A stretch of 58,515 nucleotides of DNA, taken from positions 1-58,515 of the forward strand of contig DASSSA010000054.1 of the NCBI GenBank assembly GCA_035701505.1, in the 5' to 3' direction. The stretch's first letter is position 1. Each line of letters begins with the position of its first letter. A program made the position numbers and the translations under genes. The notes below the pieces were generated by a model. That model was not told the DNA's origin and did no database searches. It saw nothing but the letters and a program-made list of their open reading frames with translations. This stretch comes from Actinomycetota bacterium (lineage in GTDB: Bacteria > Actinomycetota > UBA4738 > HRBIN12). Below are positions 8,449-18,452 of the stretch, in pieces.

Positions 8449-9175
8449 GCGGCCCGAGGGTCCCGCGTTCTACGCGCTCGCGCCCGGGGGATGGCGGGAT
8501 TACTGGACCCTTCTGCACCCGCCGTACACGCTGTGGCACCTGTCGTACGTGGCGATCGGGGCATCGCTCGCGTCCGAGGTGAACGGCCGGTGGCTCGCGG
8601 AGAGCCTCGTCGCGTTTCTCCTGGGGATGGGGTTGGCCGCGCACGCGATGGACGAGCTCCATGGCCGGCCGCTCTCGACCCGGATCCCGGACGGGGTGCT
8701 GTGGACGATCGCGATCGTCGGGCTCGGCGGCGCGATCGCGCTCGGGATCGACGGCGTGATCGAGGTGAGCCACTGGCTGTCCGTCTTCATCGCGTTCGGC
8801 GGGTTCATCGTGGTCGCCTACAACCTTGAGCTGTTCGGGGGATGGTTCCATTCCGACCTGTGGTTCGCGCTCGCCTGGGGGGCGTTCCCGGCGATCACCG
8901 GGTTCTTCGCGCAGACCGGGCGGGTGTCGGCGCCTTCCGTGGTCGTAGGGGGCGCGTGCGCTGCGCTCTCCGTAGCGCAGCGCACGCTCTCGACCCCGGT
9001 CAGGCGGTTGCGGCGACACGTCAGGTCCGTCTCGGGTGAGCTCACGTTGGCGGACGGGAGCGCGGAGGCGCTCGACGCCTCCGCGCTCCGCCGAACCCCC
9101 GAAACGGCGCTCAGGTACCTCTGGCTGGCGATGGTCCTGCTGGCGGCGGGGCTCGTGACCGTGCGATTCACTTGA
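8441..9175 (+). CDS. polytopic membrane protein, function unknown
   Basis: 244-aa ORF with multiple hydrophobic segments. An 8-nt overlap with the upstream methyltransferase suggests co-translation. Confidence 0.55.
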   Translation: MSERPEGPAFYALAPGGWRDYWTLLHPPYTLWHLSYVAIGASLASEVNGRWLAESLVAFLLGMGLAAHAMDELHGRPLSTRIPDGVLWTIAIVGLGGAIALGIDGVIEVSHWLSVFIAFGGFIVVAYNLELFGGWFHSDLWFALAWGAFPAITGFFAQTGRVSAPSVVVGGACAALSVAQRTLSTPVRRLRRHVRSVSGELTLADGSAEALDASALRRTPETALRYLWLAMVLLAAGLVTVRFT

Positions 9176-9268
9176 TCCGCACCAAGCGATCCCGTCCAGG
9201 ACCATGGATCCGCCCTTTGACCGAAGCGCGGTTCATCGCTATTTTCCCGAGCCGGTAGGCTGGACCCG

Positions 9269-10681
9269 ATGAATCGACCGGCCACTATCGGGGAGCTTCG
9301 CGCCGGCGGCTATCCCGACCGCACCGTGAAGGAGGAGCTCCGGGCAAACCTCCTCGCCAGACTTGGCCTGGGGGAGCAGCTGTTCCCCTCGATCGTCGGG
9401 TTCGATGCGTCGGTGCTCCCGGCACTGGAGCGCGGTATCCTCGCCGGGCACGACCTGATCCTGCTCGGCGAGCGCGGACAGGCGAAGACCCGGCTGATCC
9501 GAAACGTGGTGGGGCTCCTCGACGACGAAGCGCCGGCCATCGCCGGCTGCGAGGTGAACGACCATCCGTACCGGCCCATCTGCGCCCGGTGCCGAGCGCT
9601 TGTTGGGACTGAGGGTGACGCCGTCCCCCTCTCTTGGATCGGACGAGACCAGCGGTACGCCGAGAAGCTGGCCACCCCCGACACCTCGGTGGCCGACCTG
9701 ATCGGCGACGTCGATCCGATCCGGGTGGCGGAGGGCCGGTACCTGGCCGACGAGCTCACGATCCACTACGGGCTCATCCCCCGGACCAATCGCGGCATCG
9801 TGGCCATCAACGAGCTGCCCGACCTCCCCGAACGCATCCAGGTCGCCCTGTTCAACATCCTGGAGGAGCGCGACGTCCAGATCCGCGGGTACCGCATCCG
9901 ACTCCCGCTCGACCTGCTCCTGGTCGTGACGGCGAACCCGGAGGACTACACGCACCGCGGCCGGATCGTCTCCCCTCTCAAGGATCGGTTCGGCACCCAG
10001 GTTCGGACGCACTACCCCGAGTCGCTCGCCGATGAGATCCGGATCATGGACCAGGAGTCCCGCCCACCGGCCGGCGACGCGCCGATCCGCGTTCCCCGGT
10101 ACATGGAGGAGGTCCTGGCGGCCCTGACCGCCGAGCTCAGGCGGTCGCCCCACGTGAATCATCGCTCGGGCGTGTCCGTGCGGTACTCGATAGGCAACCT
10201 CGAGACGATGTCGGCGGCTGCGGTCCGCCGCGCGGCCCGAACGGGTGAGCCGGAGGCAGTGCCTCGGGTGTGCGACCTCCCGGCCGTGCTGGAGGCCTCG
10301 CTCGGGCGGGTTGAGTTCGACACCATCGAGGAGGGACGGGAGGAGGAGATCCTGCTGCGAGCCCTTCGCACCGCGGAGCTGGAGGTCTTCCGCCGCCGGC
10401 TTTCGGGGTTCGACTTCGCCCCGATCCTGTCGAAGTTCGGGGCCGGCTTCGTGGCCGAGACCTCGGACCTCACGCCTGCCTCGGAGGTGCTCGGCCAGTT
10501 CGGCGATCTCCCGGGTCTGGCCAAGTTGCTCGAGCGGCTGGGCGTGGAGGAGGAGAGTCCCGGTGTGGCCGCCTCCGCCGTCGAGTTCGCCATGGAGGGG
10601 CTGCATCTCTCCCGCCGACTGAACAAGGAGCAGTCCGGAAGGCTGGGGGCCTACCGCTACGAGGGACCCTCGGCCTCGTAG
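9269..10681 (+). CDS. BchI/ChlI-like AAA+ ATPase (Mg-chelatase-type)
   Basis: Walker A-like LLGERGQAKT, a Cys-rich insert (GCEVNDHPYRPICARC) and Walker B region IVAINELPD. NPEDY..RIVSPLKDRFG resembles the chelatase sensor region. Confidence 0.7.
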   Translation: MNRPATIGELRAGGYPDRTVKEELRANLLARLGLGEQLFPSIVGFDASVLPALERGILAGHDLILLGERGQAKTRLIRNVVGLLDDEAPAIAGCEVNDHPYRPICARCRALVGTEGDAVPLSWIGRDQRYAEKLATPDTSVADLIGDVDPIRVAEGRYLADELTIHYGLIPRTNRGIVAINELPDLPERIQVALFNILEERDVQIRGYRIRLPLDLLLVVTANPEDYTHRGRIVSPLKDRFGTQVRTHYPESLADEIRIMDQESRPPAGDAPIRVPRYMEEVLAALTAELRRSPHVNHRSGVSVRYSIGNLETMSAAAVRRAARTGEPEAVPRVCDLPAVLEASLGRVEFDTIEEGREEEILLRALRTAELEVFRRRLSGFDFAPILSKFGAGFVAETSDLTPASEVLGQFGDLPGLAKLLERLGVEEESPGVAASAVEFAMEGLHLSRRLNKEQSGRLGAYRYEGPSAS

Positions 10682-10692
10682 GATCTGCCGGC

Positions 10693-11064
10693 GTGCGTCG
10701 GGTCCACGAGTTCGTCGGGTACGTCGTCGTCGCCCTGTTCGCTGTGGGCTGGCTCTGGGGACTGGTGATCTGGATCGCGAGGCGCCAGGCCGGCGACTGG
10801 TTCTGGCGGTGGCTGGCGGCGGTCCAGGTGGCCGCCGTGGTACAGGCGCTCATCGGGGTCGTGCTCCTCGTCCTGGGGTATCGGCCGGAGACCTGGCTCC
10901 ACTACGTCTACGGGTTCGGGCCGCTCGTCCTTCTGCTCATCGCCCACGCATTCGCCCGGGAGGAGCCGTTCCGAGCCCGCCCGTGGATCCCGTTCGCGTG
11001 GGCTGCGTTCTTCTGCTTCGGCCTGGCCCTGCGCGCACTCACTACTGGACTCGGCTTCGCCTAG
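10693..11064 (+). CDS. small 4-TM membrane protein
   Basis: 123-aa hydrophobic ORF wedged between the AAA+ and VWA genes (gaps of 11 and 42 nt). Confidence 0.5.
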   Translation: MRRVHEFVGYVVVALFAVGWLWGLVIWIARRQAGDWFWRWLAAVQVAAVVQALIGVVLLVLGYRPETWLHYVYGFGPLVLLLIAHAFAREEPFRARPWIPFAWAAFFCFGLALRALTTGLGFA

Positions 11065-11106
11065 CGGCCGCACGACGTTCCAGCGGACCCGGCGTACCCT
11101 GGGTGG

Positions 11107-13035
11107 ATGCGGTCGCGGTACTCGCAGTGGGACGGGAGCCAGGACCCTTTGGGGCCGGACGTCCCGGCCGCCGAGCTCCTCGAGGAGATGTCGGAGGACC
11201 TCCTGTCGGGAGCCGGGGCGCAGGGCGCCATGTCCGGCCTGTTGCGGCGGGGTATGCGGGGTCGGTTCGGCGGCCTCGACGCGCTTCGGGCGCGGCTGCG
11301 CGAGGCACGGGCCCGCGAGCAGGCCCGGCTGAACCTTCAGGGCCCGCTGGAAGAGATCCGTGAGCGGCTGGGGGAGATCGTGGAACGCGAGCGCTCGACG
11401 CTCTCGTTCAAGGCCGAGGAGGACGCGCGGATGCGCGAGGCGGTCCTCGATTCGCTTCCCCCGGACGTCCCCGGCCAGATCCGCGAGCTGTCGGACTACC
11501 GGTTCGTGGATCAGCAGGCCCAGCGGGAATTCGACGAGCTGATGGAGCACCTGAGGGATCAGGTGCTCGGCGCGTATTTCCGCAACATGGCAGAGGGGAT
11601 GCGCAACATCTCCCCTGAGCAGATCCAGCGGTTCAAGGACATGCTCGCCGAGCTGAACCAGATGATCGAACGGCGGGATCGGGGCGAGGACGACGACTTC
11701 GACGGGTTCATGCAGAGGTATGGGGACATGTTCCCCGACAACCCGAGAACGCTGGACGAGTTGCTCGAGAACATGGCCCGGAGGATGGCAGCGCTGTCGA
11801 GACTGCTCGCCTCGCTCTCGAGTGAGCAACGTGCCGAGCTCCAGGCCCTCGCCGAGCAGGTGATGGCCGACATGGATCTCGCCTTCGAGGTCGATCGGCT
11901 GGGGGCGAACCTCGCATCGATGTTCCCCGACATGCCGTGGGGCGATCCGGCGCTGGCGGCCGGAGACGAAGCCATGCCCCTGTCGGCGACGGTGGACGCC
12001 ATGGAGCGGTTGCACGATTTCGAGGATCTGGACCGATCGATGCGCGGGGAGTACGCGGGGGCATCACTGGAGGACGTCGACGAGGAAGCCCTCCGTCGCA
12101 CCTTGGGTGAGGCTGCCGCGCGCGATCTCCGGAGGCTCAAGCAGATCGAGCGGACCCTGGAGCAGGCGGGCCTGGTCTCCCGGCGTGAGGGACGGTTGGA
12201 GGTCACGCCGAAGGGCGCTCGCAAGCTCGGCGAGCGGGCCCTGGTCAAGGTGTTCGAGCGCCTGCGCCGGGACCGAGAGGGGACCCACGATGCCCGGGAA
12301 GTCGGTGGCCCGGCCGAGCCGACCGGTTCCACCCGGCCCTGGACATTCGGCGATACCGGCCAGATCGCGGTGCAGCGCACCGTGTTCAACGCCGTTGTCC
12401 GAGGCGGACCCGGTGCCGACGTTCATCTCCGCCCCGACGACTTCGAGTTGGTCGACGCGGAGCAGCGGACCGAGGCCGCCACGGCCTTGCTGCTCGACCT
12501 GTCCTTCTCCATGCCGCTCCGGGGCCACTTCGTGCACGCGAAGCGGATGGCCCTGGCCCTTCACGCGCTGATCGAGGGCCGATATCCGCACGACCGGCTG
12601 TACATGATCGGGTTCTCCGATTACGCGAGGAGGATGGAGCCCCAGGACCTCACCGCCGCTGGATGGGAACGCGTCTACGGAACGAACATGCAGCATGCGT
12701 TCAACCTGGCCGGGCGGCTGCTGGCGCAGCACCCCCGGGCCACGCGGCAGGTGATCATGGTGACCGACGGCGAGCCCACGGCTCACTTGGAGGGCGAGGA
12801 GGTGTTCTTCTCCTGGCCGCCCGTCCCCAGGACCATCCAGTTGACGCTCGCCGAGGCGCTCCGGCTGTCGCGTGCCGGCGTGACGGTGAACGTGTTCATG
12901 CTGGAGGACTCGCCGGGGTTGATCCGGTTCATGGAACGCCTGGCCAAGCTGACCGCGGGGCGCATCTTCCTGATGGACGACCGGGAGATCGGCGACTTCA
13001 TCGTCCGGGACTACGTGTCGCGGCGAACGCAGTAG
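11107..13035 (+). CDS. VWA-domain protein (BchD/CoxE-like partner of the AAA+ ATPase)
   Basis: Long acidic/coiled N-terminal region. C-terminal VWA domain with MIDAS LLLDLSFSM and VIMVTDGEPTAH. Confidence 0.75.
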   Translation: MRSRYSQWDGSQDPLGPDVPAAELLEEMSEDLLSGAGAQGAMSGLLRRGMRGRFGGLDALRARLREARAREQARLNLQGPLEEIRERLGEIVERERSTLSFKAEEDARMREAVLDSLPPDVPGQIRELSDYRFVDQQAQREFDELMEHLRDQVLGAYFRNMAEGMRNISPEQIQRFKDMLAELNQMIERRDRGEDDDFDGFMQRYGDMFPDNPRTLDELLENMARRMAALSRLLASLSSEQRAELQALAEQVMADMDLAFEVDRLGANLASMFPDMPWGDPALAAGDEAMPLSATVDAMERLHDFEDLDRSMRGEYAGASLEDVDEEALRRTLGEAAARDLRRLKQIERTLEQAGLVSRREGRLEVTPKGARKLGERALVKVFERLRRDREGTHDAREVGGPAEPTGSTRPWTFGDTGQIAVQRTVFNAVVRGGPGADVHLRPDDFELVDAEQRTEAATALLLDLSFSMPLRGHFVHAKRMALALHALIEGRYPHDRLYMIGFSDYARRMEPQDLTAAGWERVYGTNMQHAFNLAGRLLAQHPRATRQVIMVTDGEPTAHLEGEEVFFSWPPVPRTIQLTLAEALRLSRAGVTVNVFMLEDSPGLIRFMERLAKLTAGRIFLMDDREIGDFIVRDYVSRRTQ

Positions 13036-13060
13036 TTCGATCCGGTTCGATCCGGTTCGC

Positions 13061-13888
13061 TCATGTTCGCGCGGCCGTGTCCCACCACATCGTCACCAGC
13101 CGCTGCGTGTCCGGGCCCGCCGACCAGAGCCCCTCGTGCTGCGTCAGGCGCGTGCCCAAGGCCTCCACCACCTCGTCGTCGCGATCGCGCGTCAGACACA
13201 ACCTTCGCCGGATGAGCCCAACGGCGTCCTCGCGCCGCTGGAACCCGCTCGGTGTTGGTGGGCGCTCGATGTCCTTGCGTCCGACGTCGAATCCGAAATC
13301 GCGGAGCGCGTCCTCGGCGTCGTCGGCCGTGGGTTCGGTGGGCCGTTCGAGGCGATGGAACCGAAGCCACAGGTCGCTCATCCATGCCAGCGGGTGCGTG
13401 GACGTGATCTCGATCACGACGCGACGGCGAGCGTGGGCGTCGAGCGCCCGCGCGAAGGGCTCGAGGTCCTGAACGTTGTACAGGACATGCGCGCACACCA
13501 CGACGTCGGAGGGCTCGACCTCATCACGGACGTCGGGCCACTGGCCGAGGACCGGGACCGCGTCGACGCCCGCGGCCGCCGCGGCCCGAAGGAACTCCTC
13601 CAACATGGCCTGAGAGCCGTCGACGCCTGAGACGCGAGACGCCTGCGGCCACAGTCGAACCGACGCGGCCCCTGCACCTACGCCGACGTCCAGGACCGTG
13701 CCGCCATCCGGCAGCGCCTCCGCAGCCCGAGCGGTTGTGGGTGAGGGTTGGCCGATCGTCGCTCGTCCCGCCCGGGACCGGAACAGCTCGGGTGGGAAGG
13801 TCCACGGCGACTCGGGGGCCCGCGACATGATCTCGTCCGGTATGGCCCAGCTCGCCAGGGCGGCACCCCATCGCTCCGAGGCGTTCAC
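13061..13888 (-). CDS. class I SAM-dependent methyltransferase
   Basis: This is the C-terminal 276 codons of the 730-aa track ORF. SAM motif VLDVGVGAGAAS. Start set at GTG 13888; ATG 13975 is an alternative. The upstream part of the track ORF is antisense to the serine hydrolase. Confidence 0.65.
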   Translation of the reverse strand: MNASERWGAALASWAIPDEIMSRAPESPWTFPPELFRSRAGRATIGQPSPTTARAAEALPDGGTVLDVGVGAGAASVRLWPQASRVSGVDGSQAMLEEFLRAAAAAGVDAVPVLGQWPDVRDEVEPSDVVVCAHVLYNVQDLEPFARALDAHARRRVVIEITSTHPLAWMSDLWLRFHRLERPTEPTADDAEDALRDFGFDVGRKDIERPPTPSGFQRREDAVGLIRRRLCLTRDRDDEVVEALGTRLTQHEGLWSAGPDTQRLVTMWWDTAART

Positions 13889-14092
13889 GGGCTGGCCCTC
13901 AACGGCGTCCTGCTGGGATCGCTCCAATGAGTGCCTTGACCTGCCCGTTTGGTCTCTAGAGCACACCGTCGGCATTCGGAGTCCGCGGGGCCCACCAGGC
14001 CGACCGATCGCAATCGTCGACCCGTACGAGAACGCCGCGCACGAAGTCGATCCGGTTTTGCGCGTGCGGTCTCGTCGGCGCAGCATGTGCCG

Positions 14093-15310
14093 ATGGTGCG
14101 CGAGACCCGAACGCCGCCAGCCCCCAATCGTCTGACCCGCCGGGAGTTTCTCCGCAACACCGCGGTCGCCACGACCGTCGGCGCGGTCGCGCCGTTCACG
14201 TTCGTGCGGAGCGCGCGGGCGCTGACCCTTGACCTCGAGCGGCTCGTGCGTCAGCAGCGACTCCGAGCGATGACGCCCGGCATCGCCGTCGCCGTGGTTC
14301 GCGGCGACGAGATCGTTGCATCGGCCGCGAGCGGGTGGGCGGATCGCGAGAACGGTGTCAGGGTGAAGCTGGACACCGTGTTCATGCTCGCTTCGGTCGC
14401 GAAGACCGTGACGTGCGCGGGCATCATGACTCTCGTCGAGGACGGCCTGCTCGACCTCGACGCGAACGTCAACGACTACCTCCCGTTCGAGGTGCACATC
14501 CCAGCCGCGCCGAACGCGGCCGTCACGATGCGGATGCTCCTCGTACACACGTCGGCGATCGGTGACCGGTACAAGGTTTGGGGCACGCCGTACTCGAACC
14601 CAACGCTGTACTTCCACGGCGACTCGCCGATCGTGCTCGGCGACTTCGAGCGCTCGTACCTGGTGTCGGGAGGGACCAGGTACCGCGAGGACGCGAACTT
14701 CTACGAACGGCGTCCCGGGAAGGCGTACTCGTACTCGAACATCGCGGTCGCGCTCGCCGGGTATGTGGCCGAGGTCGTCGCGGGTCTTGACTTCAATGAG
14801 CTCTGTAAGGAGCGTATCCTGACGCCGCTCGGCATGGACCAATCCGGGTTCCGGCTGGCGGACATCACCACGACCAACCTCGCGATGCCGTACCGGCTCG
14901 ACCGGGACACTGGAAGGTTCAAGGCTTACTTCCAGTACGGGTATCCCGACTACCCGGACGGGGCGCTCCGGACGAGCGCCGTCCATCTGGCGACGTTCCT
15001 CGCCGCGTTCATGAACCACGGGACGATCGGTGACGTGCGCATCCTCGAGAGGAGCACGGTCCGCGAGATCCGGAGGAACCAGATCCCGGACGTCGTCTCG
15101 TGGCACCAGGGGCTCATCTGGTACGGCGCATCGCCGAACGGCTACTTCCGGATGGGCCACACGGGCGGCGACTACGGAGCCGCGACGCGGTTGTTCTTCC
15201 GCCCGGATAAGCAGGTCGGAGTCATCTCGCTCGCCAACTCGTATATGGGTCACAAGCGGTGGGACGCATTTCGCGCGATCGAGCTGCGGATCTTCGACGA
15301 GTTCTCATAG
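14093..15310 (+). CDS. Tat-exported serine hydrolase (beta-lactamase/D-peptidase family)
   Basis: Twin-arginine signal LTRREFLRNTAVATTVGA. SxxK active site in FMLASVAKT. Start ATG 14093. Confidence 0.8.
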   Translation: MVRETRTPPAPNRLTRREFLRNTAVATTVGAVAPFTFVRSARALTLDLERLVRQQRLRAMTPGIAVAVVRGDEIVASAASGWADRENGVRVKLDTVFMLASVAKTVTCAGIMTLVEDGLLDLDANVNDYLPFEVHIPAAPNAAVTMRMLLVHTSAIGDRYKVWGTPYSNPTLYFHGDSPIVLGDFERSYLVSGGTRYREDANFYERRPGKAYSYSNIAVALAGYVAEVVAGLDFNELCKERILTPLGMDQSGFRLADITTTNLAMPYRLDRDTGRFKAYFQYGYPDYPDGALRTSAVHLATFLAAFMNHGTIGDVRILERSTVREIRRNQIPDVVSWHQGLIWYGASPNGYFRMGHTGGDYGAATRLFFRPDKQVGVISLANSYMGHKRWDAFRAIELRIFDEFS

Positions 15311-15381
15311 TCAGGATACCGAGCATTCGGTACCTTCACCGACATCGTGCGCCACTTGTTTCGTGAGTTGCCCTGACTGTC

Positions 15382-17028
15382 TTGCCAGAAGCCATCGAGG
15401 CTGACCTCGTCATCCGAGGCGGAAACGTCTACGACGGAAGCGGGGGCCCGTCGGTCGTCGCCGACGTCGTGATCCGGGGCGATCGCATCGTGGCCGTCAG
15501 TGATGTCGGACCCGTTGTCCGTCGCGTGATCGATGCCGAGGGTCTCGCGGTCGCACCTGGGTTCATCAACATGATGAGTTGGTCGAACGAGTCACTAATC
15601 GAGGACGGCCGATCGCAGAGCGACCTCCGGCAAGGCGTAACGCTCGAAGTCATGGGCGAGGGTTGGTCCATGGGGCCGCTCACGGAAGGGATGAAGGACG
15701 AGATCGAGCGCCGAGGGGCCGGCAACCCCCTCGTCGAATACGAGATCGAATGGACGACCCTCGGCGAGTACCTCGAATGGCTCGAGCGTCGAGGCGTGTC
15801 GCCGAACGTGGCCTCCTTCGTCGGCGCCTCAACCGTGCGCATCCACGTGATGGGGTACGACGTCCGACCGGCGAACAAGCTGGAGCTCCACCGGATGCGC
15901 GACCTCGTGCGCGAGGCGATGGTCGAAGGCGCGCTCGGCGTGGCCTCGGCTCTGATCTGTCCGCCGGCGACCTCCTCGACAACGGAAGAGCTCGTGGCGC
16001 TTGCGACGGTCGCCGCCGAGTTCGGCGGGATGTACGCCTCGCACATACGTAGCGAAGGCTCGACGCTTCTCGAAGGAGTCGAGGAACTCCTCGAGATCGC
16101 TCGACTGGCTGGCGTCCGGGCCGAGATCTATCACCTGAAGGCGAGCGGACGGACCAACTGGCCGAAGATGGACCAGGCGATCGCGATGGTTGAGGCCGCG
16201 CGCGACGACGGGTACTGGATCACGGCCGATGCGTACCCGTACACATTCTCGGGAACCGGCCTCGACGCGTGTATCCCGCCATGGGCCCACGACGGCGGCT
16301 TCGACGCGCTCCTGGGTCGGCTGAGGGATTCGGAGACGCGGGCTCGCGTGCTCGATGACATGCGCTCCCCCTCCCCCTCCAGGGCGTGGGAGAACCCATT
16401 CCTCGAGACCGAGCCGGACGGCATCGTGGTCGCTGGATTCCGTCAAGACGCGCTTCGCGACCTAACGGGCGCGACGCTCGCCGAGGTGGCGTCGCTGCGG
16501 GGAACGACACCTGAAGAGACGGTACTTGATCTCCTCGTCGAGGACGACAACAATGTTGGCGCGCTCTACTTCGGGATGTCCGAGGACAACGTGCGGAAGG
16601 TCCTCGCACTCCCATGGGTCAGCTTCTGCTCCGATGAGGAGTCGCAAGCGCCCGAGGGGGTCTTCCTGAAGGCCAATCCGCACCCGAGGGCGTACGGTGC
16701 GTTCGCCCGCGTCCTCGGCACGTACGTACGCGATGAGCGGATCCTTCCTCTCCACGAGGCCATTCGGCGGATGACGAGCCTGCCCGCCGAAAACCTCCGG
16801 CTCGACGGCCGCGGGAGGCTGCGCGAGGGAGCGTACGCGGACGTTGTCGTGTTCGACCCGGCGGAGATCCGGGATCAGGCGACCCCTCAGACCCCACACC
16901 GATACTCGATGGGGGTCAGGCACGTCCTCGTGAACGGGACGCCCGTAATCTCCGATGGCGAGCACACTGGCGCAACACCAGGCCGATTTGTGAGGGGGCC
17001 GGGAGCGGCGGTCATCCAACGGCCGTGA
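15382..17028 (+). CDS. D-aminoacylase (N-acyl-D-amino-acid deacylase) family amidohydrolase
   Basis: N-terminus DLVIRGGNVYDGSG...APGFINMMS, then YASHIRSEG and EIYHLKASG. TTG start, so the start is uncertain. Confidence 0.7.
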   Translation: MPEAIEADLVIRGGNVYDGSGGPSVVADVVIRGDRIVAVSDVGPVVRRVIDAEGLAVAPGFINMMSWSNESLIEDGRSQSDLRQGVTLEVMGEGWSMGPLTEGMKDEIERRGAGNPLVEYEIEWTTLGEYLEWLERRGVSPNVASFVGASTVRIHVMGYDVRPANKLELHRMRDLVREAMVEGALGVASALICPPATSSTTEELVALATVAAEFGGMYASHIRSEGSTLLEGVEELLEIARLAGVRAEIYHLKASGRTNWPKMDQAIAMVEAARDDGYWITADAYPYTFSGTGLDACIPPWAHDGGFDALLGRLRDSETRARVLDDMRSPSPSRAWENPFLETEPDGIVVAGFRQDALRDLTGATLAEVASLRGTTPEETVLDLLVEDDNNVGALYFGMSEDNVRKVLALPWVSFCSDEESQAPEGVFLKANPHPRAYGAFARVLGTYVRDERILPLHEAIRRMTSLPAENLRLDGRGRLREGAYADVVVFDPAEIRDQATPQTPHRYSMGVRHVLVNGTPVISDGEHTGATPGRFVRGPGAAVIQRP

Positions 17029-17093
17029 CCACGTGACGCGACGAGGGGGCAGGCCGCGCTTCGGCGTGTCGCGTGCTCAAGAGCATCGGACAC

Positions 17094-18341
17094 TCAGTCG
17101 CACTCGGTCATGACCTGATCCGTGTCCTCCCCGAGAAGGGGTGGTGGGCGGCGGACCGGCAGGAGCCCGCCGGAGAGCCGGATGGGGTTGGCAACCAGCC
17201 GCAGCGGTCCTCGGACCCGATCCGCCACGTCCTGCACCATGGCCCGGCCTTCCGGCGAGGCGAACACCTCGTCCAAACTCCTGACGGGAGCGCACGGCAC
17301 GCCCGCGCGCTCGAGGGTGCGCAGCCATGCGTCGACCGGGCGTGCCCGGAAGGCATCCTGCAGCAGTGGGATCAGCTCGGAGCGGTTCCGAACGCGGGCG
17401 TCGTTCGAGGCGAACCGAGGATCCTCGGCCAGCTCGGGCCGCGCGATCACCTCGCACGTGAGCCGGAACAGCTTATCGTTGCCGGCCGCCAGGATGAATG
17501 GGCGGTCGGCGGACTCGAACAGTTGGTAGGGAACGATGTTCGGGTGCTCGTTGCCGATGGGGCCGGGGACGGCGCCGCCCAGCAGGTAGTTCGCCGCCTG
17601 GTTCACCAGGGCGGCGAGGCTCGCCTCGAACAGCGAGACGGTGACCTTCCGTCCCCTACCCGTCCCAGCCCGGCCGAGGAGCGCGGCCTGGATGCCGTTC
17701 GCGGCGTACAGCCCCGCGATCACGTCCAAGAGCGCGACCCCGACCTTGGTGGGCTCCCCGCCCGGGTGGCCGGTGAAGCTCATCAGTCCCGAGAGGGCCT
17801 GGACGATGATGTCGTAGCCCGGCTTCGACGCTCCCTCGCCCTCATCGGAGAACGCGACCAACGAGCAATACACGAGACTCGGATGGAGGGACGCGAGGGA
17901 TTCGTAGTCCAGGCCGAAGCTGGCCATGAGCCCGGGTCGAAAGTTCTCGACCACGACGTCCGCCCGGATGGCCAAGTCGAGGGCGGCCTGTCTGCCGTCG
18001 GGCGTCGACAGGTCGAGGACGACCGATCCTTTGTTCCGGTTGAGGGAGAGGAAGTACGCGGCGTCCTCGCCGACGAACGGCGGTCCCCACCGCCTGGTGT
18101 CGTCGCCGGTGCCCGGGCGCTCGACCTTCACCACGTCGGCGCCCAGGTCGGCCAGGGTCATCGTGGCGAGTGGCCCCGCGAGGACCCGGGAGAAATCCAC
18201 CACACGCACCCCGGAGAGGGGCGCATCGATGGCCGTCCGACCGGCGGGCTCGTCGTGGTGGCCTGACACCGGATCTCCACCAACGAGGGCTACAGGGGCA
18301 ACGATGGAGCCGCCGGAACCCGAAGGTTCCAGCGGCTCCAT
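17094..18341 (-). CDS. CoA-transferase family III (CaiB/BaiF)
   Basis: GVRVVDFSRVLAGPLATMTLADLGADVVKVE, FLSLNRNKGS, ENFRPG. Start ATG 18341; the upstream 567 nt of the track ORF is rejected. Confidence 0.85.
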   Translation of the reverse strand: MEPLEPSGSGGSIVAPVALVGGDPVSGHHDEPAGRTAIDAPLSGVRVVDFSRVLAGPLATMTLADLGADVVKVERPGTGDDTRRWGPPFVGEDAAYFLSLNRNKGSVVLDLSTPDGRQAALDLAIRADVVVENFRPGLMASFGLDYESLASLHPSLVYCSLVAFSDEGEGASKPGYDIIVQALSGLMSFTGHPGGEPTKVGVALLDVIAGLYAANGIQAALLGRAGTGRGRKVTVSLFEASLAALVNQAANYLLGGAVPGPIGNEHPNIVPYQLFESADRPFILAAGNDKLFRLTCEVIARPELAEDPRFASNDARVRNRSELIPLLQDAFRARPVDAWLRTLERAGVPCAPVRSLDEVFASPEGRAMVQDVADRVRGPLRLVANPIRLSGGLLPVRRPPPLLGEDTDQVMTECD

Positions 18342-18452
18342 CGCGATGTATACACCGCTCCCGGCGACGGGGTCAAATCCTGGCAGCGACGGGATGATCA
18401 AGAGGCACGCGACCGGCTGGCGGTCCGGCTCGGAACTTGCCACGATAGCCGC

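Noticed and set aside
9239-12015. Two long minus-strand ORFs (9239-10606, 455 aa; 10657-12015, 452 aa)
   Set aside because: They are antisense to the AAA+ and VWA genes. Their composition is typical of high-GC shadow frames (R, P, G, H, E runs).
13035-13069. GTTCG recurring with 10-nt spacing four times (GTTCGATCCG x2, then GTTCGCTCAT, GTTCGCGCGG) between convergent genes
   Set aside because: It is too short and degenerate to be a CRISPR or a meaningful tandem array. It may be a slippage relic and has no supporting structure.
13889-15253. Upstream 450 codons of the 730-aa minus ORF 13061-15253
   Set aside because: Only the last 276 codons look like a methyltransferase. The rest is antisense to the Tat-signal serine hydrolase with its SxxK motif.
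15382-17028. D-aminoacylase-family protein lacks the HxH (FINMMSW) and Cys (GEGW) metal ligands of the Alcaligenes enzyme
   Set aside because: I recall a large subfamily annotated as D-aminoacylase with the same GFI(D/N)M..S and G.T.E..GEG pattern, and the downstream His motifs (SHIRSE, YHLK) are present. This is probably subfamily-typical rather than an anomaly, though I cannot confirm it without an alignment.
17036-17074. Possible bidirectional terminator (ACGCGAC...GTCGCGT with an inner GCCG/CGGC stem) between the amidohydrolase and CaiB genes
   Set aside because: The outer stem is only 7 bp with a 25-nt interior. It is plausible but not strong enough to annotate.
17073-18266. 397-aa plus ORF, and the 18342-18908 N-terminal extension of the CaiB ORF
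   Set aside because: The plus ORF is antisense to the CoA-transferase. The extension has junk composition and overlaps the better-behaved plus-strand gene 18453-19094.
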